Counted from the first letter of the stretch, positions 9,649-20,643 are shown. The stretch: DNA of 64,000 bases from Candidatus Oleimmundimicrobium sp. (GCF_030651595.1 NZ_JAUSCH010000004.1:9380-73379), one strand, 5' to 3'. Made by a program: numbers and translations. The notes: a model not told the origin generated them from the sequence alone.

Positions 9649-12147
9649 TTGAAAGCAGTAGTTATGGCAGGAGGCGAAGGTACAAGGCTTAGGCCGATTA
9701 CAAGTAATCATCCAAAGCCCATGGTGCACATAGCAAATAAACCGATCATGGAACACATCATCGAGCACCTTAAAAAACACAAGATCACAGACATTGTAGC
9801 CACTCTACAATTTCTTCCAAGTGTTATTAAAAGTTATTTTGCCGAAGGGGAAGAGCTCGGTGTAAATTTAAGTTATGCAATAGAAGATGTTCCTCTTGGA
9901 ACGGCTGGCAGCGTAAAAAATGCTGAGGATTACTTAGATGATACATTCATTGTAATAAGCGGAGACGCATTAACTGATATTGATTTAACAAAAGTTGTTA
10001 ATTTCCATAAAAAAAACAAATCGATGGCTACCATAGCTTTAAAAAAAGTGGAAAATCCCTTGGAGTTTGGAATTGTGATAACTAATAAAAAAGGGCGTGT
10101 CGAGCGGTTTTTAGAAAAACCCTCATGGGGCGAGGTTTTTAGCGATACCATTAATACCGGAATTTATGTTTTAGAACCAGAAATATTTAAGTATATTCCC
10201 GAAGGTAAACCGTTTGATTTCAGTAAAGACCTTTTCCCCTATCTTTTAAAGAATGGGTTTCCGCTATACGGTTTTGTTGTCGATGATTATTGGTGTGATA
10301 TAGGGAACATTAAACAATACATCGAGGCCCAGCGAGACGTGTTAGACGGTAAAGTAAATATAAATATGCCCGGAATTAAGATGGGGGATAATATATGGAT
10401 TGGCGAGGGAGCTTCAATCGGTCCCAATGCAAAAATTTTAGGTCCGGCGATAATAGGCCATGACTCAATGATTGAGAATGACGCGGTTATAGGCAGGTAT
10501 TCTGTTATTGGGAACAATGCCATTGTTAGAGAAAAAGCTAAAATTTATAGAGCCATTGTTGGAGAAAATTCTTATATTGGTTCAAATGCTATTCTTAACG
10601 GATGTATTGTTGGAAGAAACTGCGATGTCAAGAAATCGGTTCGGTTGGAACAAGGAGTGGTTTTGGGTGATGATTGCCGTGTTGAAGATAGCGCTGTTAT
10701 CAATCCTGATGTAAAAATTTACCCTTTTAAAGTAATAGACGGGGGAGCTACCATTAACCGAAGTATTATTTGGGAATCTAAAGGGACTCGCACCCTTTTC
10801 GGCCGCAATGGTGTTTCAGGAATAATTAACATAGATGTTACTCCGGATACGGCTGCGCGGTTAGCTATGGCTTATGGGACTTCGTTAAAAAAAGGGTCTT
10901 ATGTTGCGGTAAGTAGAGATTCAAACCGGGCTTCACGAATGATTAAAAGGGCGATAGTTGCCGGTCTTGGTTCTGCGGGAATTCATTGTCAGGATTTGAG
11001 GATGTCTCCAACTCCAATAAATAGATTTGCAATTCGCTCTATGCGATGTGCTGGAGGAATTCACGTTCATATTTCACATTTTGACCCCCAATTAATTGAA
11101 ATTATATTTTTTGATTCAAACGGAATTAATCTTTCTAAAGGTGAACAGAGAAAAATCGAACGTTATTTTTACCGAGAAGATTTTAGGCGTGCTTTTCATA
11201 ACGAAATAGGAGAAACTTCATTTCCAACACTTACTTATGAGTACTATGCCAATGCACTATTAAAAAAGATAAATAAGACCGAAATAAGAAAGAAAAAGTT
11301 TAGAATTATAATAGATTATTCATATGGGAATTCTGTTCTGGTATTGCCCCAGCTAATTGGGAAGTTAGAATGTGAGGTAATTTCTTTAAACGCATTCACA
11401 GATGAGGATAAATCAACTTTGAGCATTAGAGAGTTCGGGCAATCACTTGAACAATTAGGCAGAACCGTTAATACATTTAAGGCCGATTTAGGTGTTTTAA
11501 TTGATGCCACATGTGAAAGATTGCTTATGATAGACGAAAAGGGAAACAGGATTAGCTATGACTCGTTATTGCTTTTACTTATTGATTTAGTATCTCGATT
11601 TGGGCAAAAAGGTAAAATAGCAGTACCGATTACTGTACCAAGTGCCGCTGAGAAAATTGCCGAGAAAAATAGGCGAAAAATTTTAAGAACCAAGCTAAGC
11701 GCAACTGATTTGATGACTACCGCCTTAAGAAAAGATGTTGTTTTTGCTGGAGCGCAAGGCGGACGTTTTATTTTTCCGCGATTTCTTCCAGCGTATGATG
11801 CGATGCAATCTCTTTGTTTGTCGCTTGAATATTTAGCAAAAGCAAAGACTCCGATTTCCAAATTAATAGAAGGTTTACCGAAATATCATCTTGCACAAAA
11901 AAATACGTTTTGTGCTTGGGAAAACAAAGGTTTGGTTATGCGTAGCTTGTTAGAAAAAACTAAAGGCAAAAAAATTGACTTAACTGATGGTATCAAAATT
12001 TTTGAAGATGACTATTGGGTACTTGTGATTCCCGATCCGGAAGAACCAGTTTGCAGAGTTTATTGTGAAGCCGAGTCAGATGAGGAAGCAATGGCCCAGG
12101 TAGATAAATATTTGAGCTTAATCAGCAAAATTATTTGCACACAATAA
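9649..12147 (+). CDS. sugar-phosphate nucleotidyltransferase (GDP-mannose pyrophosphorylase-like) fused to left-handed beta-helix and phosphomannomutase-like domain
   Basis: N-terminus [15 protein letters not shown] (NTP-transferase), central hexapeptide-repeat region, C-terminal PGM/PMM-like domains. Mutase motifs are degenerate: HISHFDP where TASHNP is expected, and DATCER where DGDGDR is expected. TTG 9649 follows a GAGGAGAGGTGA RBS. Confidence 0.8.
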   Translation: MKAVVMAGGEGTRLRPITSNHPKPMVHIANKPIMEHIIEHLKKHKITDIVATLQFLPSVIKSYFAEGEELGVNLSYAIEDVPLGTAGSVKNAEDYLDDTFIVISGDALTDIDLTKVVNFHKKNKSMATIALKKVENPLEFGIVITNKKGRVERFLEKPSWGEVFSDTINTGIYVLEPEIFKYIPEGKPFDFSKDLFPYLLKNGFPLYGFVVDDYWCDIGNIKQYIEAQRDVLDGKVNINMPGIKMGDNIWIGEGASIGPNAKILGPAIIGHDSMIENDAVIGRYSVIGNNAIVREKAKIYRAIVGENSYIGSNAILNGCIVGRNCDVKKSVRLEQGVVLGDDCRVEDSAVINPDVKIYPFKVIDGGATINRSIIWESKGTRTLFGRNGVSGIINIDVTPDTAARLAMAYGTSLKKGSYVAVSRDSNRASRMIKRAIVAGLGSAGIHCQDLRMSPTPINRFAIRSMRCAGGIHVHISHFDPQLIEIIFFDSNGINLSKGEQRKIERYFYREDFRRAFHNEIGETSFPTLTYEYYANALLKKINKTEIRKKKFRIIIDYSYGNSVLVLPQLIGKLECEVISLNAFTDEDKSTLSIREFGQSLEQLGRTVNTFKADLGVLIDATCERLLMIDEKGNRISYDSLLLLLIDLVSRFGQKGKIAVPITVPSAAEKIAEKNRRKILRTKLSATDLMTTALRKDVVFAGAQGGRFIFPRFLPAYDAMQSLCLSLEYLAKAKTPISKLIEGLPKYHLAQKNTFCAWENKGLVMRSLLEKTKGKKIDLTDGIKIFEDDYWVLVIPDPEEPVCRVYCEAESDEEAMAQVDKYLSLISKIICTQ

Positions 12148-12156
12148 GGAGGAAAC

Positions 12157-13569
12157 ATGCGGGACACTATAAAATTTGGGACCGATGGTTGGCGAGCTAT
12201 CATGTGCGATAGCTTTATCTTTAAAAATGTAAGAATAGTGACTCAGGCGATAGCCAATTATCTCCATAATTGTGGTTTATCCGAAAAAGGGGTGGTTATC
12301 GGTTACGATAATCGTTTTTGTTCTGAAGATTTTGCCGATGTTTGTGCTTCGGTCTTAATCGGAAACAAAATTCCTGTTTTTTTAATTAAAGACTCAACAC
12401 CGACACCTGTCACTGCATGCTCTATAAATTTTTTTAAGGCCGCGGGGGCAATTATGTTAACGGCTAGTCATAATCCAGCAAAATATAATGGCCTTAAGTT
12501 TGTTCCAGAATATGCCGGTCCAGCCACTTCGGAAATAACTTCGCAGATAGAGAAAGAAATAAACTTGATTTTTAAAAATAAAAAAGTATTTTTTGATGAC
12601 ACCAAAGGTAATGATTTGCTGCATGTTATCGACCCGGTTGATAGATATTTAGAGCACTTAAAGGGTCTAATTAATTTTGAAGTAATTCGAGAAGCCAAAT
12701 TGAAAATTGCTTTTGATCCCATGTATGGTTCGGGCCAGGTTGTGATGAAAAAAGTGCTTGAAGAAGCAGGTTGTGAGGTCTATCCAATTAATGATTATCG
12801 TGATGTGCTTTTTGGCGGCAGATTACCCGAGCCGTCTTTAGAAAACTTAAGCGAACTTCAGTCTTTAGTTTTAAGCAAAAAAGCTGACCTTGGTTTGGCG
12901 TTAGACGGAGACGCGGATAGGTTTGGCACAATTGACAATAAGGGGTATTTTCTTTCATCAAATCAAGGCCTCTCGGTTTTATGTTCATACTTACTTGGGG
13001 ATCGTAAATCAGACGGTAAGGTGGTTAGAACCATATCAACCACTCATTTACTTGATAAAATTGCGGCAAAATTTGGTGTAAAGTTTGAAGAAACTCCTGT
13101 TGGTTTTAAATATATTGGTCAGATAATGCTAAAAGAACCAGTAGTTATAGGAGGGGAAGAAAGCGGTGGTTTGAGTATATTGGGGCATGTGCCTGAAAAA
13201 GATGGAATATTGGCCGGCCTGTTGTTTTGTGAGGTTACCGCTAATAAAAATGAATCCTTATCGAATTTACTCGATGAAATTTATTCAGAATATGGACATT
13301 TTTATAATTACCGCTTAGACATTCATTGTTCACAAGACAAAAAAACAAAATTGTTGCGCGATTTGAAAAACAACCCCCCTTCTTCGATAAGTGGTTTGAA
13401 AGTTAACGAGGTTCTATTGAAAGATGGTGTTAAGTTTCTACTTGAGGGGGACAGTTGGATTTTAATAAGGCCATCAGGCACGGAACCCCTCGTTAGGATT
13501 TATATGGAAAGTTGTTCTACAAAGACCCTCGAGAATCTTCGTCAATACGCGGAAACTCTTCTTAATTAA
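12157..13569 (+). CDS. phosphomannomutase/phosphoglucomutase
   Basis: Canonical motifs TASHNP, DGDADR and GGEESGG all present; 470 aa. Confidence 0.85.
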   Translation: MRDTIKFGTDGWRAIMCDSFIFKNVRIVTQAIANYLHNCGLSEKGVVIGYDNRFCSEDFADVCASVLIGNKIPVFLIKDSTPTPVTACSINFFKAAGAIMLTASHNPAKYNGLKFVPEYAGPATSEITSQIEKEINLIFKNKKVFFDDTKGNDLLHVIDPVDRYLEHLKGLINFEVIREAKLKIAFDPMYGSGQVVMKKVLEEAGCEVYPINDYRDVLFGGRLPEPSLENLSELQSLVLSKKADLGLALDGDADRFGTIDNKGYFLSSNQGLSVLCSYLLGDRKSDGKVVRTISTTHLLDKIAAKFGVKFEETPVGFKYIGQIMLKEPVVIGGEESGGLSILGHVPEKDGILAGLLFCEVTANKNESLSNLLDEIYSEYGHFYNYRLDIHCSQDKKTKLLRDLKNNPPSSISGLKVNEVLLKDGVKFLLEGDSWILIRPSGTEPLVRIYMESCSTKTLENLRQYAETLLN

Positions 13570-13683
13570 AACAGTATTCCTCAAAATCTCTTTAGTAAGG
13601 AGCTATTATATCTTTTTACAATAGGGTTTTTATTGGTTATACTTACTTATTTATTAAATTAAAATTTTATTGAAGGTAAGATT

Positions 13684-14412
13684 ATGCAATTTACAAAATG
13701 GCGCATTTCTCTAATGGTTGGATTTATAGTTTTAGGGATACTTCTTGCAACCTCTTTCTATTCACAACAAAAGTTTAAGGAAACCGGTCCATCATCTAGA
13801 AAAGAGGGGCTTATGGAATCAGTTGAAGCACTGGAAGTAGAACGCGAACGATTAAAGAATGAGTTGTCAAAAACGCGTAAAGAAGTAGAAGATTACGAGA
13901 AGCAAGCCGCTGCCAACGAGGGCATTCTTACGTCTTTTACCCAAGAAAATGAAGAATTAAAAAAAGCGGCCGGATTAACTTATTTGACGGGGACCGGGGT
14001 GGAGATAACTCTTGCGGATAGTTCACAACTTCCTGAGTTTGAAAATCCCAATAACTATATTATCCATGATTATGATTTACGTCTAGCCGTTAACGCGTTA
14101 TTAAGCGGTGAAGCGCGGGGAATTGACGTAAACGGTCAAAGACTCATTTCTACCAGTGCCATTAGGTGTGCGGGAAATACGGTTATGATTAATTCCACTC
14201 GACTCTCGTCTCCCTACAAAATTAAGGCAATTGGGGAACAAGACAGATTACTTAAAGCTCTTCAAGAAGATGAAGGTTTCGCGCAGCTTTTGCAAAGTTA
14301 CGCAAAAGCTTTTGGTTTAATTGTCAAGGTTGATAAAATTTCTGAATTAAGATTACCGTCTTACAAAGGAAGTTTGCATCTTGAATATGCTGAATCTGTG
14401 GGGGAAAAGTAA
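13684..14412 (+). CDS. DUF881 (YlxW/YlxX-like) division/cell-wall cluster protein
   Basis: N-terminal TM helix, coiled-coil and C-terminal DUF881-like region; paired with a second copy flanking an Sbp-like gene. Confidence 0.7.
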   Translation: MQFTKWRISLMVGFIVLGILLATSFYSQQKFKETGPSSRKEGLMESVEALEVERERLKNELSKTRKEVEDYEKQAAANEGILTSFTQENEELKKAAGLTYLTGTGVEITLADSSQLPEFENPNNYIIHDYDLRLAVNALLSGEARGIDVNGQRLISTSAIRCAGNTVMINSTRLSSPYKIKAIGEQDRLLKALQEDEGFAQLLQSYAKAFGLIVKVDKISELRLPSYKGSLHLEYAESVGEK

Positions 14413-14759
14413 TGTTGCCATTAATTGGTTTGTTGATAGGGGTAGCACTTGGTTTAATTTTAAAAATTCCTGTGCCGCCTTCTTATGCCAAATATTTAGG
14501 AGTAGCGACCTTAGCTGCCTTAGATAGCGCGTTTGGCGGAATTAGGGCTAGCTTGGAAAAAGAGTTCAATGACAAACTGTTTATTTCGGGCTTCTTTAGT
14601 AATACCATTCTTGCGGCTTTTATTGTGTATATGGGAGATCGTTTAGGCGTTGAACCTCTTTATTACGCCGCTATCGTAGCTTTCGGTGTTCGCTTGTTTC
14701 AAAATATTGCGGTAATCAGACGTATTATTTTTGAAAGAAAGTATTGGGGACAAGAATGA
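14412..14759 (+). CDS. sbp: small basic membrane protein Sbp (DUF1290)
   Basis: 115-aa membrane protein between two DUF881 genes, the conserved DUF881-sbp-DUF881 arrangement. Confidence 0.6.
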   Translation: MLPLIGLLIGVALGLILKIPVPPSYAKYLGVATLAALDSAFGGIRASLEKEFNDKLFISGFFSNTILAAFIVYMGDRLGVEPLYYAAIVAFGVRLFQNIAVIRRIIFERKYWGQE

Positions 14760-15451
14760 AAGATATTTTTCATGTTTATAATGTTTATGATCGTTTACAG
14801 ACGAAAAGGATGCAGGTTGCTATAGCAGTTATTTTTGCTATCATTGGCATGCTTTTGGTGACCCAGCTTCAAATTCAAAGTGGTATCTCTAAAAAATTGC
14901 AGCAAGAATCTAAACAAGACCTGGGTGAAATTATTAGAGATTTGGATATAGAAGTAAGAGCATTGCAGGAAGAGAGAAGAGATTTAGAAATAAGACTTGT
15001 TAAATATCAGAACGCAACCGAAGACCAGCAATTAATTTTAAATGAAGCAGCTCATAATCTGGAGAATTTAAAGATATTTGCCGGGCTAATAGGGGTTAAA
15101 GGTGAGGGTGTTGAGGTGGTAATCGAAGACAAACAACAATTTTTAGACTGTTATGATCTTATAGATGTTGTCAATGAACTTAAAGCGGGAGGGGCTGAAG
15201 TTCTTTCAATAAACGGAATACGTATTACGGCTAATACAAGTTTTGCTAATGAATCAGGAGGTCAAATTGTTATTGATAAAAAGAAAGTTAGCCCCTCTTT
15301 TATTATTAAAGCAATAGGAAATTCAGAAACGCTTTCTCAGGCCGTTGGTTTATTAGGTGGGATTCAGTATACTTTGACTTCCTACGAAGGGGTGACTTTT
15401 GAGGTTGCAAGGATGGAGAGTTTAGAAATACCGCCAACCGATTTTAATTAA
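14756..15451 (+). CDS. DUF881 protein (second copy)
   Basis: Same architecture as 13684..14412. ORF track starts at 14744; the ATG at 14756 (MKDIFHV) is more likely. Confidence 0.7.
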   Translation: MKDIFHVYNVYDRLQTKRMQVAIAVIFAIIGMLLVTQLQIQSGISKKLQQESKQDLGEIIRDLDIEVRALQEERRDLEIRLVKYQNATEDQQLILNEAAHNLENLKIFAGLIGVKGEGVEVVIEDKQQFLDCYDLIDVVNELKAGGAEVLSINGIRITANTSFANESGGQIVIDKKKVSPSFIIKAIGNSETLSQAVGLLGGIQYTLTSYEGVTFEVARMESLEIPPTDFN

Positions 15452-15453
15452 AT

Positions 15454-17304
15454 ATGGATATATTAAAAGCAATTAAGTTATTTAAAATTAAAAACTTTTT
15501 TAAAGCCAACAAGAAAACCATTGTAGTTTTGGCGGCTTCAATTATAATGCTTGTGGCTTTGCCAACTTTGGCAGATGCTGTTATTCATTACGGTAAAATT
15601 CACCATGGCATAAAAATAAATGGCATCAACGTCGGTTATCTAACTCCTCAAGAATCCCAAAAAAAGGTTTCTCAAGAGATGGAGCATGTCTTAAGTAAAT
15701 CCGTTATTGTTCAGCACGAAAACATGGAGTGGAAATTAACGCCCACCGACATTAAAACAAACTTAAATGTTGCAAAAAGTGTCGAAAAAGCCTACAACGT
15801 CGGAAGGAAGGGAGGTTTTATCTCTTGCTTTAAGATAAGATTTTTAACTTGGTTTTCGCCAATTGAATCCCCGCTTATTTGTTACACGGATAGTCGACTC
15901 ATAAATTCTTTTATTAATAATATCGCTAAAGAGGTTGATAAAGAGCCGAGGGACGCGGGTTTAGAGATTAATGGAACAGATATTGAAGTTATAAAAAGTC
16001 AAATTGGAATAAAAGTAAAAAAGACAGATTTATTTTCTCAAATTAAAGATAAGGTTGTTTCACTTGAGAACAGGAAAATTAATCTTCCCACAAGTATTTC
16101 CCCGGCCGTTGTTGCTGATGATGGCGTTGAGCAGGCCAAGGCGGATCTTGTTAAGATGCTTCAAGCTTCTCTAATCTTAAAATATTCGGATAAGCGCTGG
16201 GAAGTTGGGCCTGAAAAAATAGGGGAGCTTGTTGCATTCAACAAGACAGATGAATTTTTTAATGAGAGGAAAAAAGTTGTTCTTAAAGCAGCTTTAGATA
16301 AAGAGAAAGTTGAGTCATACATAAAAGAAGTTACCCAGGATATTAGCAAAAAAGCAGAAGACGCAAAATTTGAAATAATTGGTAAGAAAGTAAAGATTAT
16401 TCCGAGTGTTGATGGGAATAAAATCGATACGGCTGTTGCATATTTAGAAATTGAGAAAGTTATAAAAAGTAATCCACCCCGTGAAATAATTTTAAAGATG
16501 AAAACAGTAAAACCAGATCTTGCTACCGAAGAAGCTCAAGCGATGGGGATTAAAGAACGAGTGAGTGTTTTTAAAACTTATTATAGTGCAGGCAATGCTC
16601 CGCGAGTGAATAATATTCATTTGCTTGCTGGGACCTTAGATGAAATGCTTGTTGCTCCAGGGGAGATTTTTTCATTTAATGAATTTGTGGGGCCACGGAC
16701 AACCGAAAAAGGTTATCAAGAAGCGGGAACCATAATAAACGGTGAGGTGGTTCCTACTATAGGCGGAGGGGTTTGCCAGGTTGGGACAACTATATTTAAT
16801 ACAGCATTTTTTGGTGGATATCCAATTATAGAGAGAAGCAATCATAGCTTTTATATAAGCAAATACCCAACCGGAAGAGATGCAACTGTATCCTATGGCG
16901 GTCCGGACTTTAGATTTAAAAATGATACCTCTGCCCATATTTTAATTAAAACTTCTTATTCAAATTCCTCTGTAACTGTTTCTTTTTACAGTACGGGTTT
17001 TGGGATTAATGTATCGTATGATACTTCTCAATTTTCAAATATAGTTTCATGCCCTATTGAATATGTTGAAGATTCAACTATTAATAAAGGAGAACAGAAA
17101 ATTGAGGAACAAGGAATTAATGGTTTTGATGTGACCGTATACAGAACTGTTACGAAAAATGGTGAGACAATACGGAAAGATAAATTTTTTAGCCGTTATA
17201 AACCCAAAAAAGCAGTCATTTTAATTGGGACAAAGGACAATTTTGAGCAAGAAGAAGATGGTGCAGTTCCAAAAGATTATGAGGAAACCACTTCAACAGC
17301 TTAA
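15454..17304 (+). CDS. VanW family protein with N-terminal peptidoglycan-binding/G5-like domains
   Basis: C-terminal VanW block GGGVCQVGTTIFNTAFFGGYPIIERSNHSFYISKYPTGRDATV; signal/TM N-terminus. Confidence 0.85.
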   Translation: MDILKAIKLFKIKNFFKANKKTIVVLAASIIMLVALPTLADAVIHYGKIHHGIKINGINVGYLTPQESQKKVSQEMEHVLSKSVIVQHENMEWKLTPTDIKTNLNVAKSVEKAYNVGRKGGFISCFKIRFLTWFSPIESPLICYTDSRLINSFINNIAKEVDKEPRDAGLEINGTDIEVIKSQIGIKVKKTDLFSQIKDKVVSLENRKINLPTSISPAVVADDGVEQAKADLVKMLQASLILKYSDKRWEVGPEKIGELVAFNKTDEFFNERKKVVLKAALDKEKVESYIKEVTQDISKKAEDAKFEIIGKKVKIIPSVDGNKIDTAVAYLEIEKVIKSNPPREIILKMKTVKPDLATEEAQAMGIKERVSVFKTYYSAGNAPRVNNIHLLAGTLDEMLVAPGEIFSFNEFVGPRTTEKGYQEAGTIINGEVVPTIGGGVCQVGTTIFNTAFFGGYPIIERSNHSFYISKYPTGRDATVSYGGPDFRFKNDTSAHILIKTSYSNSSVTVSFYSTGFGINVSYDTSQFSNIVSCPIEYVEDSTINKGEQKIEEQGINGFDVTVYRTVTKNGETIRKDKFFSRYKPKKAVILIGTKDNFEQEEDGAVPKDYEETTSTA

Positions 17305-17437
17305 TTTTTAAGAGGAAATTTGTAATTTAAAACAAGGAACTTAAATGAGTTGAGCCGAAGATGATTGAAAGAGGCGCGGGCAAATCAAAAGAGTTATTAA
17401 TAAATGAAAAGTTTAATTCAATACAAGGAGCAAAAGG

Positions 17438-17869
17438 GTGAAAGCGAAACAAATTTCGGTTTTTCTTGAAAATAAGTGGGGGAGACTTGCCGAAGCAACA
17501 AAAGTTTTGGGAGATAACGATATTAATATTCGCGCTTTAAGTGTTGCCGATACTGCTGATTATGGCGTACTAAGAATGATTGTCAATAAACCAGACAAAG
17601 CTTATACAGCTCTTAAAGATAAAGGATTTATTGCAACCAAAACAAACGTGTTTGGAATAAAGATTTCCGATAAGCCAGGTAGTTTAGCAGGGATTCTTGA
17701 GGAATTAAAGAAAAAAAGTTTAAATGTAGAATATATATATAGTTTTTCAGAAAAGAGTCATGATTCTGCTATCCTTATTTTGCGGGTTGAAGATATTGAT
17801 GAAGCGATTAAAACACTACAATCAGCGGGTGTAAAAGTTATTAGAGCTAAGGAATTATACACGCTTTAA
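17438..17869 (+). CDS. ACT domain-containing protein (two ACT repeats)
   Basis: Two ~70-aa repeats with ACT-like pattern (ISVFLENKWGRL... / IKISDKPGSLAGIL...). Confidence 0.7.
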   Translation: MKAKQISVFLENKWGRLAEATKVLGDNDINIRALSVADTADYGVLRMIVNKPDKAYTALKDKGFIATKTNVFGIKISDKPGSLAGILEELKKKSLNVEYIYSFSEKSHDSAILILRVEDIDEAIKTLQSAGVKVIRAKELYTL

Positions 17870-17895
17870 ATAAAATTATTTTTAGGAGGAGAAAG

Positions 17896-18315
17896 ATGGT
17901 TGTAGGTAGAGAAATTTGTTTTTTAACTAAAGGGAATGTAGATATTGTTGATTTAACGCAACAGATAGAAACAGTCGTCAAAGAAAGTGGTATATCAAAC
18001 GGAATGGTGAATATTTTTGTTCCGGGTGCAACGGGTTCGATAACTACCATAGAATGCGAAGCTGGTTTGTTGGATGATTTTAAAAATATCATTGAAGAAT
18101 TAATTCCTCAAAATCATCACTACTATAAACACAACAATGATTTAGGCGGACAAAACGCCCACTCTCATTTAAGGGCATCACTGCTGGGTCCTTCACTCAC
18201 GGTGCCAATTGTAGATAAAGAGTTAACTTTAGGAGCATGGCAGCAAATAATTTTTATAGACTTTGATGACCAGCCAAGAAACAGGTGTCTTAAGCTTCAA
18301 CTAATAGGTGAATAG
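17896..18315 (+). CDS. YjbQ/UPF0047 family (secondary thiamine-phosphate synthase-like) protein
   Basis: Characteristic GSITTIECEAG...NAHSHLRASLLG...GAWQQIIFIDFD pattern. Confidence 0.8.
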   Translation: MVVGREICFLTKGNVDIVDLTQQIETVVKESGISNGMVNIFVPGATGSITTIECEAGLLDDFKNIIEELIPQNHHYYKHNNDLGGQNAHSHLRASLLGPSLTVPIVDKELTLGAWQQIIFIDFDDQPRNRCLKLQLIGE

Positions 18316-18349
18316 GAAGCATATAATTTTAAATAAATTAGGAGATTTG

Positions 18350-18574
18350 TTGAAAAAAATAGCTTCAATTGACCGATTTGAAAAAGATGTTGCAGTTCTT
18401 CTTTTTGAGGGAGTTGAAGGGTCCTATGAATTTCCCAGAAAAATATTGCCACCTGAGTGTAACGAAGGAGACATTATAATAGTAGAAATTGCTCTTAAAG
18501 AAAACGAGTCAAAGAAAAGGTTAAAAAAATCACTTAATTTAATTAAGAGATTAACAAATCATAATGAAGAGTAA
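18350..18574 (+). CDS. DUF3006 family small protein
   Basis: IDRFEKDVAVLLFEG...EGDIIIVEI matches the DUF3006 pattern; the TTG at 18350 after GGAG is more likely than the ORF-track ATG at 18308. Confidence 0.55.
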   Translation: MKKIASIDRFEKDVAVLLFEGVEGSYEFPRKILPPECNEGDIIIVEIALKENESKKRLKKSLNLIKRLTNHNEE

Positions 18575-19736
18575 AAAATGCAAGTTTTTAACATTTATCA
18601 AATTTACTGCAGTTATCTTCCTAGCGTTTATTGTTTCTCTTTCTCAGCCATGGCCGGTTTTAGCAAGCGTTGACCCTCTGCAAACTAGCGCTTCTTCAGG
18701 ATTATTAATGGATGCAGAAACAGGACGAGTTCTTTGGGAAAAAGAACCGAATATTAAGCGTTCCGTGGCAAGCACAACCAAGATGATGACGGGTATTGTC
18801 ACCATCGAAAACGCTTCCTTTGATGAAATTATTACAATCAGCTCTTTGGCCGCAGATGTTGGTGAGGCGGAGATTTATCTTTCTCCTGGCGAAAAGAGAT
18901 CCGTTGAAGATCTTTTGTACGGAGTGCTTTTAAAATCGGGTAACGATGCTGCGGCTGCTTTAGCTGAGCATGTTGGAGGAAGCGTCGAAGATTTTGTGAA
19001 AATGATGAACGAAAAGGCCAATAAATTAGGGACAAAAAATACTCACTTTATGAACCCGACAGGCCTAGAACAAGATGGACATTATTCATCGGCCTATGAT
19101 CTTGCGTTAATAGCAAGATATTGCCTGCAAAATGAGAAATTTGCGGAAATTGTATCAACAGAAAAGCACACCATTCCTTGGCCAGATAATCCTTATCCTC
19201 GTGTTTTAACGAATCATAATAAGCTTGTTTTAGAATATGATTACATTAAAGGTGTTAAGACTGGATACACCAAAAAAGCAGGTTATTGTCTCGTAGCTTT
19301 GGCTACGAAGGATGGTAAAAAAGTAATTTCTGTAGTTTTAAATGCACCGACAAGCGAAGACTGTTATACAGATTCCAAGAAAATTTTAGATTATGGACTC
19401 AACGAGTTTGAAATGAGAAAAATTGTGAGAAAGGGAGAATCGGTTGAGTTAATACCGCTTATTGTATGGAAAGATAGATTAAACTTAGTTGCGGATAAAG
19501 ATTTTTATTTACTGACCAAAAAAGAACATCCTGAATTAATTAAAATCATTTCAGTTAAATACCCGAAACTTCCTGTTTCTAAAGGTCAAAAGATTGGAGA
19601 AATACAAATTTTTGATGAACAGCAAGAATTAGGCAAGGTTAGCCTACTGGCTGATAAAAATATTTTCAAAAGTGGTTTTTTAGAGCAATTTCTCGACCAC
19701 ATACAGTCTTTTTTTGAAATTTTATGGAAAAAATAA
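18564..19736 (+). CDS. D-alanyl-D-alanine carboxypeptidase (PBP5-type serine peptidase)
   Basis: SxxK (ASTTKMMT), SGN (KSGNDAA) and KTG (KTGYT) motifs; signal peptide. Confidence 0.85.
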   Translation: MKSKKCKFLTFIKFTAVIFLAFIVSLSQPWPVLASVDPLQTSASSGLLMDAETGRVLWEKEPNIKRSVASTTKMMTGIVTIENASFDEIITISSLAADVGEAEIYLSPGEKRSVEDLLYGVLLKSGNDAAAALAEHVGGSVEDFVKMMNEKANKLGTKNTHFMNPTGLEQDGHYSSAYDLALIARYCLQNEKFAEIVSTEKHTIPWPDNPYPRVLTNHNKLVLEYDYIKGVKTGYTKKAGYCLVALATKDGKKVISVVLNAPTSEDCYTDSKKILDYGLNEFEMRKIVRKGESVELIPLIVWKDRLNLVADKDFYLLTKKEHPELIKIISVKYPKLPVSKGQKIGEIQIFDEQQELGKVSLLADKNIFKSGFLEQFLDHIQSFFEILWKK

Positions 19737-19797
19737 GAAGTAGTTTTTTATAATAAGAAAAATGATATATACTTAGATATAAAGAGAGGTGAGATAG

Positions 19798-20061
19798 TTG
19801 ACCGAGACAAAAGGGTTTTTAAGTCAAGATGACATTCTAATTAATTTGGATAAAAAATCTAACGAAGAATTAAAAGAAATTCTAAGAAAAATAGGCGAAG
19901 AAGAAGAAAAGCTCTCATGTCAAAGAAGGATTTTGCATGGGAAAATAGATATAATTAGAGCTGAATTAGTAGATAGGCTTAAGAAGAACAAGGGCGATGT
20001 CTCCAAGAAAGATATTGACCGTTTGAGTGAGATTCTTGCTAAAGGTGTAAAAGGATTTTAA
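19798..20061 (+). CDS. hypothetical small coiled-coil protein
   Basis: 87-aa ORF (TTG start), first gene of a tightly spaced five-gene cluster; no recognisable family. Confidence 0.4.
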   Translation: MTETKGFLSQDDILINLDKKSNEELKEILRKIGEEEEKLSCQRRILHGKIDIIRAELVDRLKKNKGDVSKKDIDRLSEILAKGVKGF

Positions 20062-20092
20062 GATAAAGAAAAAGTTGAGTGAGGAGGTTTTT

Positions 20093-20317
20093 ATGGCTGA
20101 CAAAGATACTCAAAGAAACGTTCGTTCTAGCACTAAAGAAGCTTTTCTAACTCCAACGCAAAAGCACTTTCATTCCTTGAGCGAAAAAGGAAACGTGTTT
20201 TTTGGCAAACACCAAAACCAGGAGAAGATTGTAAAGAAAGATATCTTAAAAAAATTTAAAGAACGAGAAAAAGGTGTTAAAAAAAGCGAAAAACATGAAG
20301 GGAAAGAGGAAACTTAA
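20093..20317 (+). CDS. hypothetical small lysine-rich protein
   Basis: ATG at 20093 preceded by GAGGAGG RBS (ORF track starts 20075); 74 aa, highly basic C-terminus. Confidence 0.4.
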   Translation: MADKDTQRNVRSSTKEAFLTPTQKHFHSLSEKGNVFFGKHQNQEKIVKKDILKKFKEREKGVKKSEKHEGKEET

Positions 20318-20339
20318 GTAAAAAAGATGAATATTAAGC

Positions 20340-20639
20340 ATGATTGCAAATATATCAGAGGAGGTAGCAAAGTTGCCGGAAAGTAAGTTTTTTGAAGCAG
20401 TAAAAAAAGCGTTTGAAGAGATGAGTTTAAACATTATGGAGGAGAGGGTAATAAATTATGTAGTGAAAGAGCTCCACGCGGGAAGAAATCTCTCCTCAAT
20501 CTTGCAAGATGCTTATGTGAAAAATAGGGTTGATGAAGAAAGGTTAACTCACATTTTGGGAGACCCGGAAATTTTAAGAGCGATTGACGATGAGCTTAAA
20601 AAAGCATTCTTAGAGCAAGATTTCAAATTTAAGGAGTAA
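20340..20639 (+). CDS. hypothetical protein
   Basis: 99-aa ORF; an internal TTG at 20373 follows GAGGAGG and may be the true start; no recognisable family. Confidence 0.4.
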   Translation: MIANISEEVAKLPESKFFEAVKKAFEEMSLNIMEERVINYVVKELHAGRNLSSILQDAYVKNRVDEERLTHILGDPEILRAIDDELKKAFLEQDFKFKE

Positions 20640-20643
20640 AAAA

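Noticed and set aside
19770-19785. Recurring TTAGATATAA motif (also at 6228 and 6880) as a shared regulatory site
   Set aside because: A 9-mer this AT-rich is expected 2-3 times by chance in 64 kb at ~35% GC; only the 32-bp dyad at 6233..6264 is statistically meaningful.
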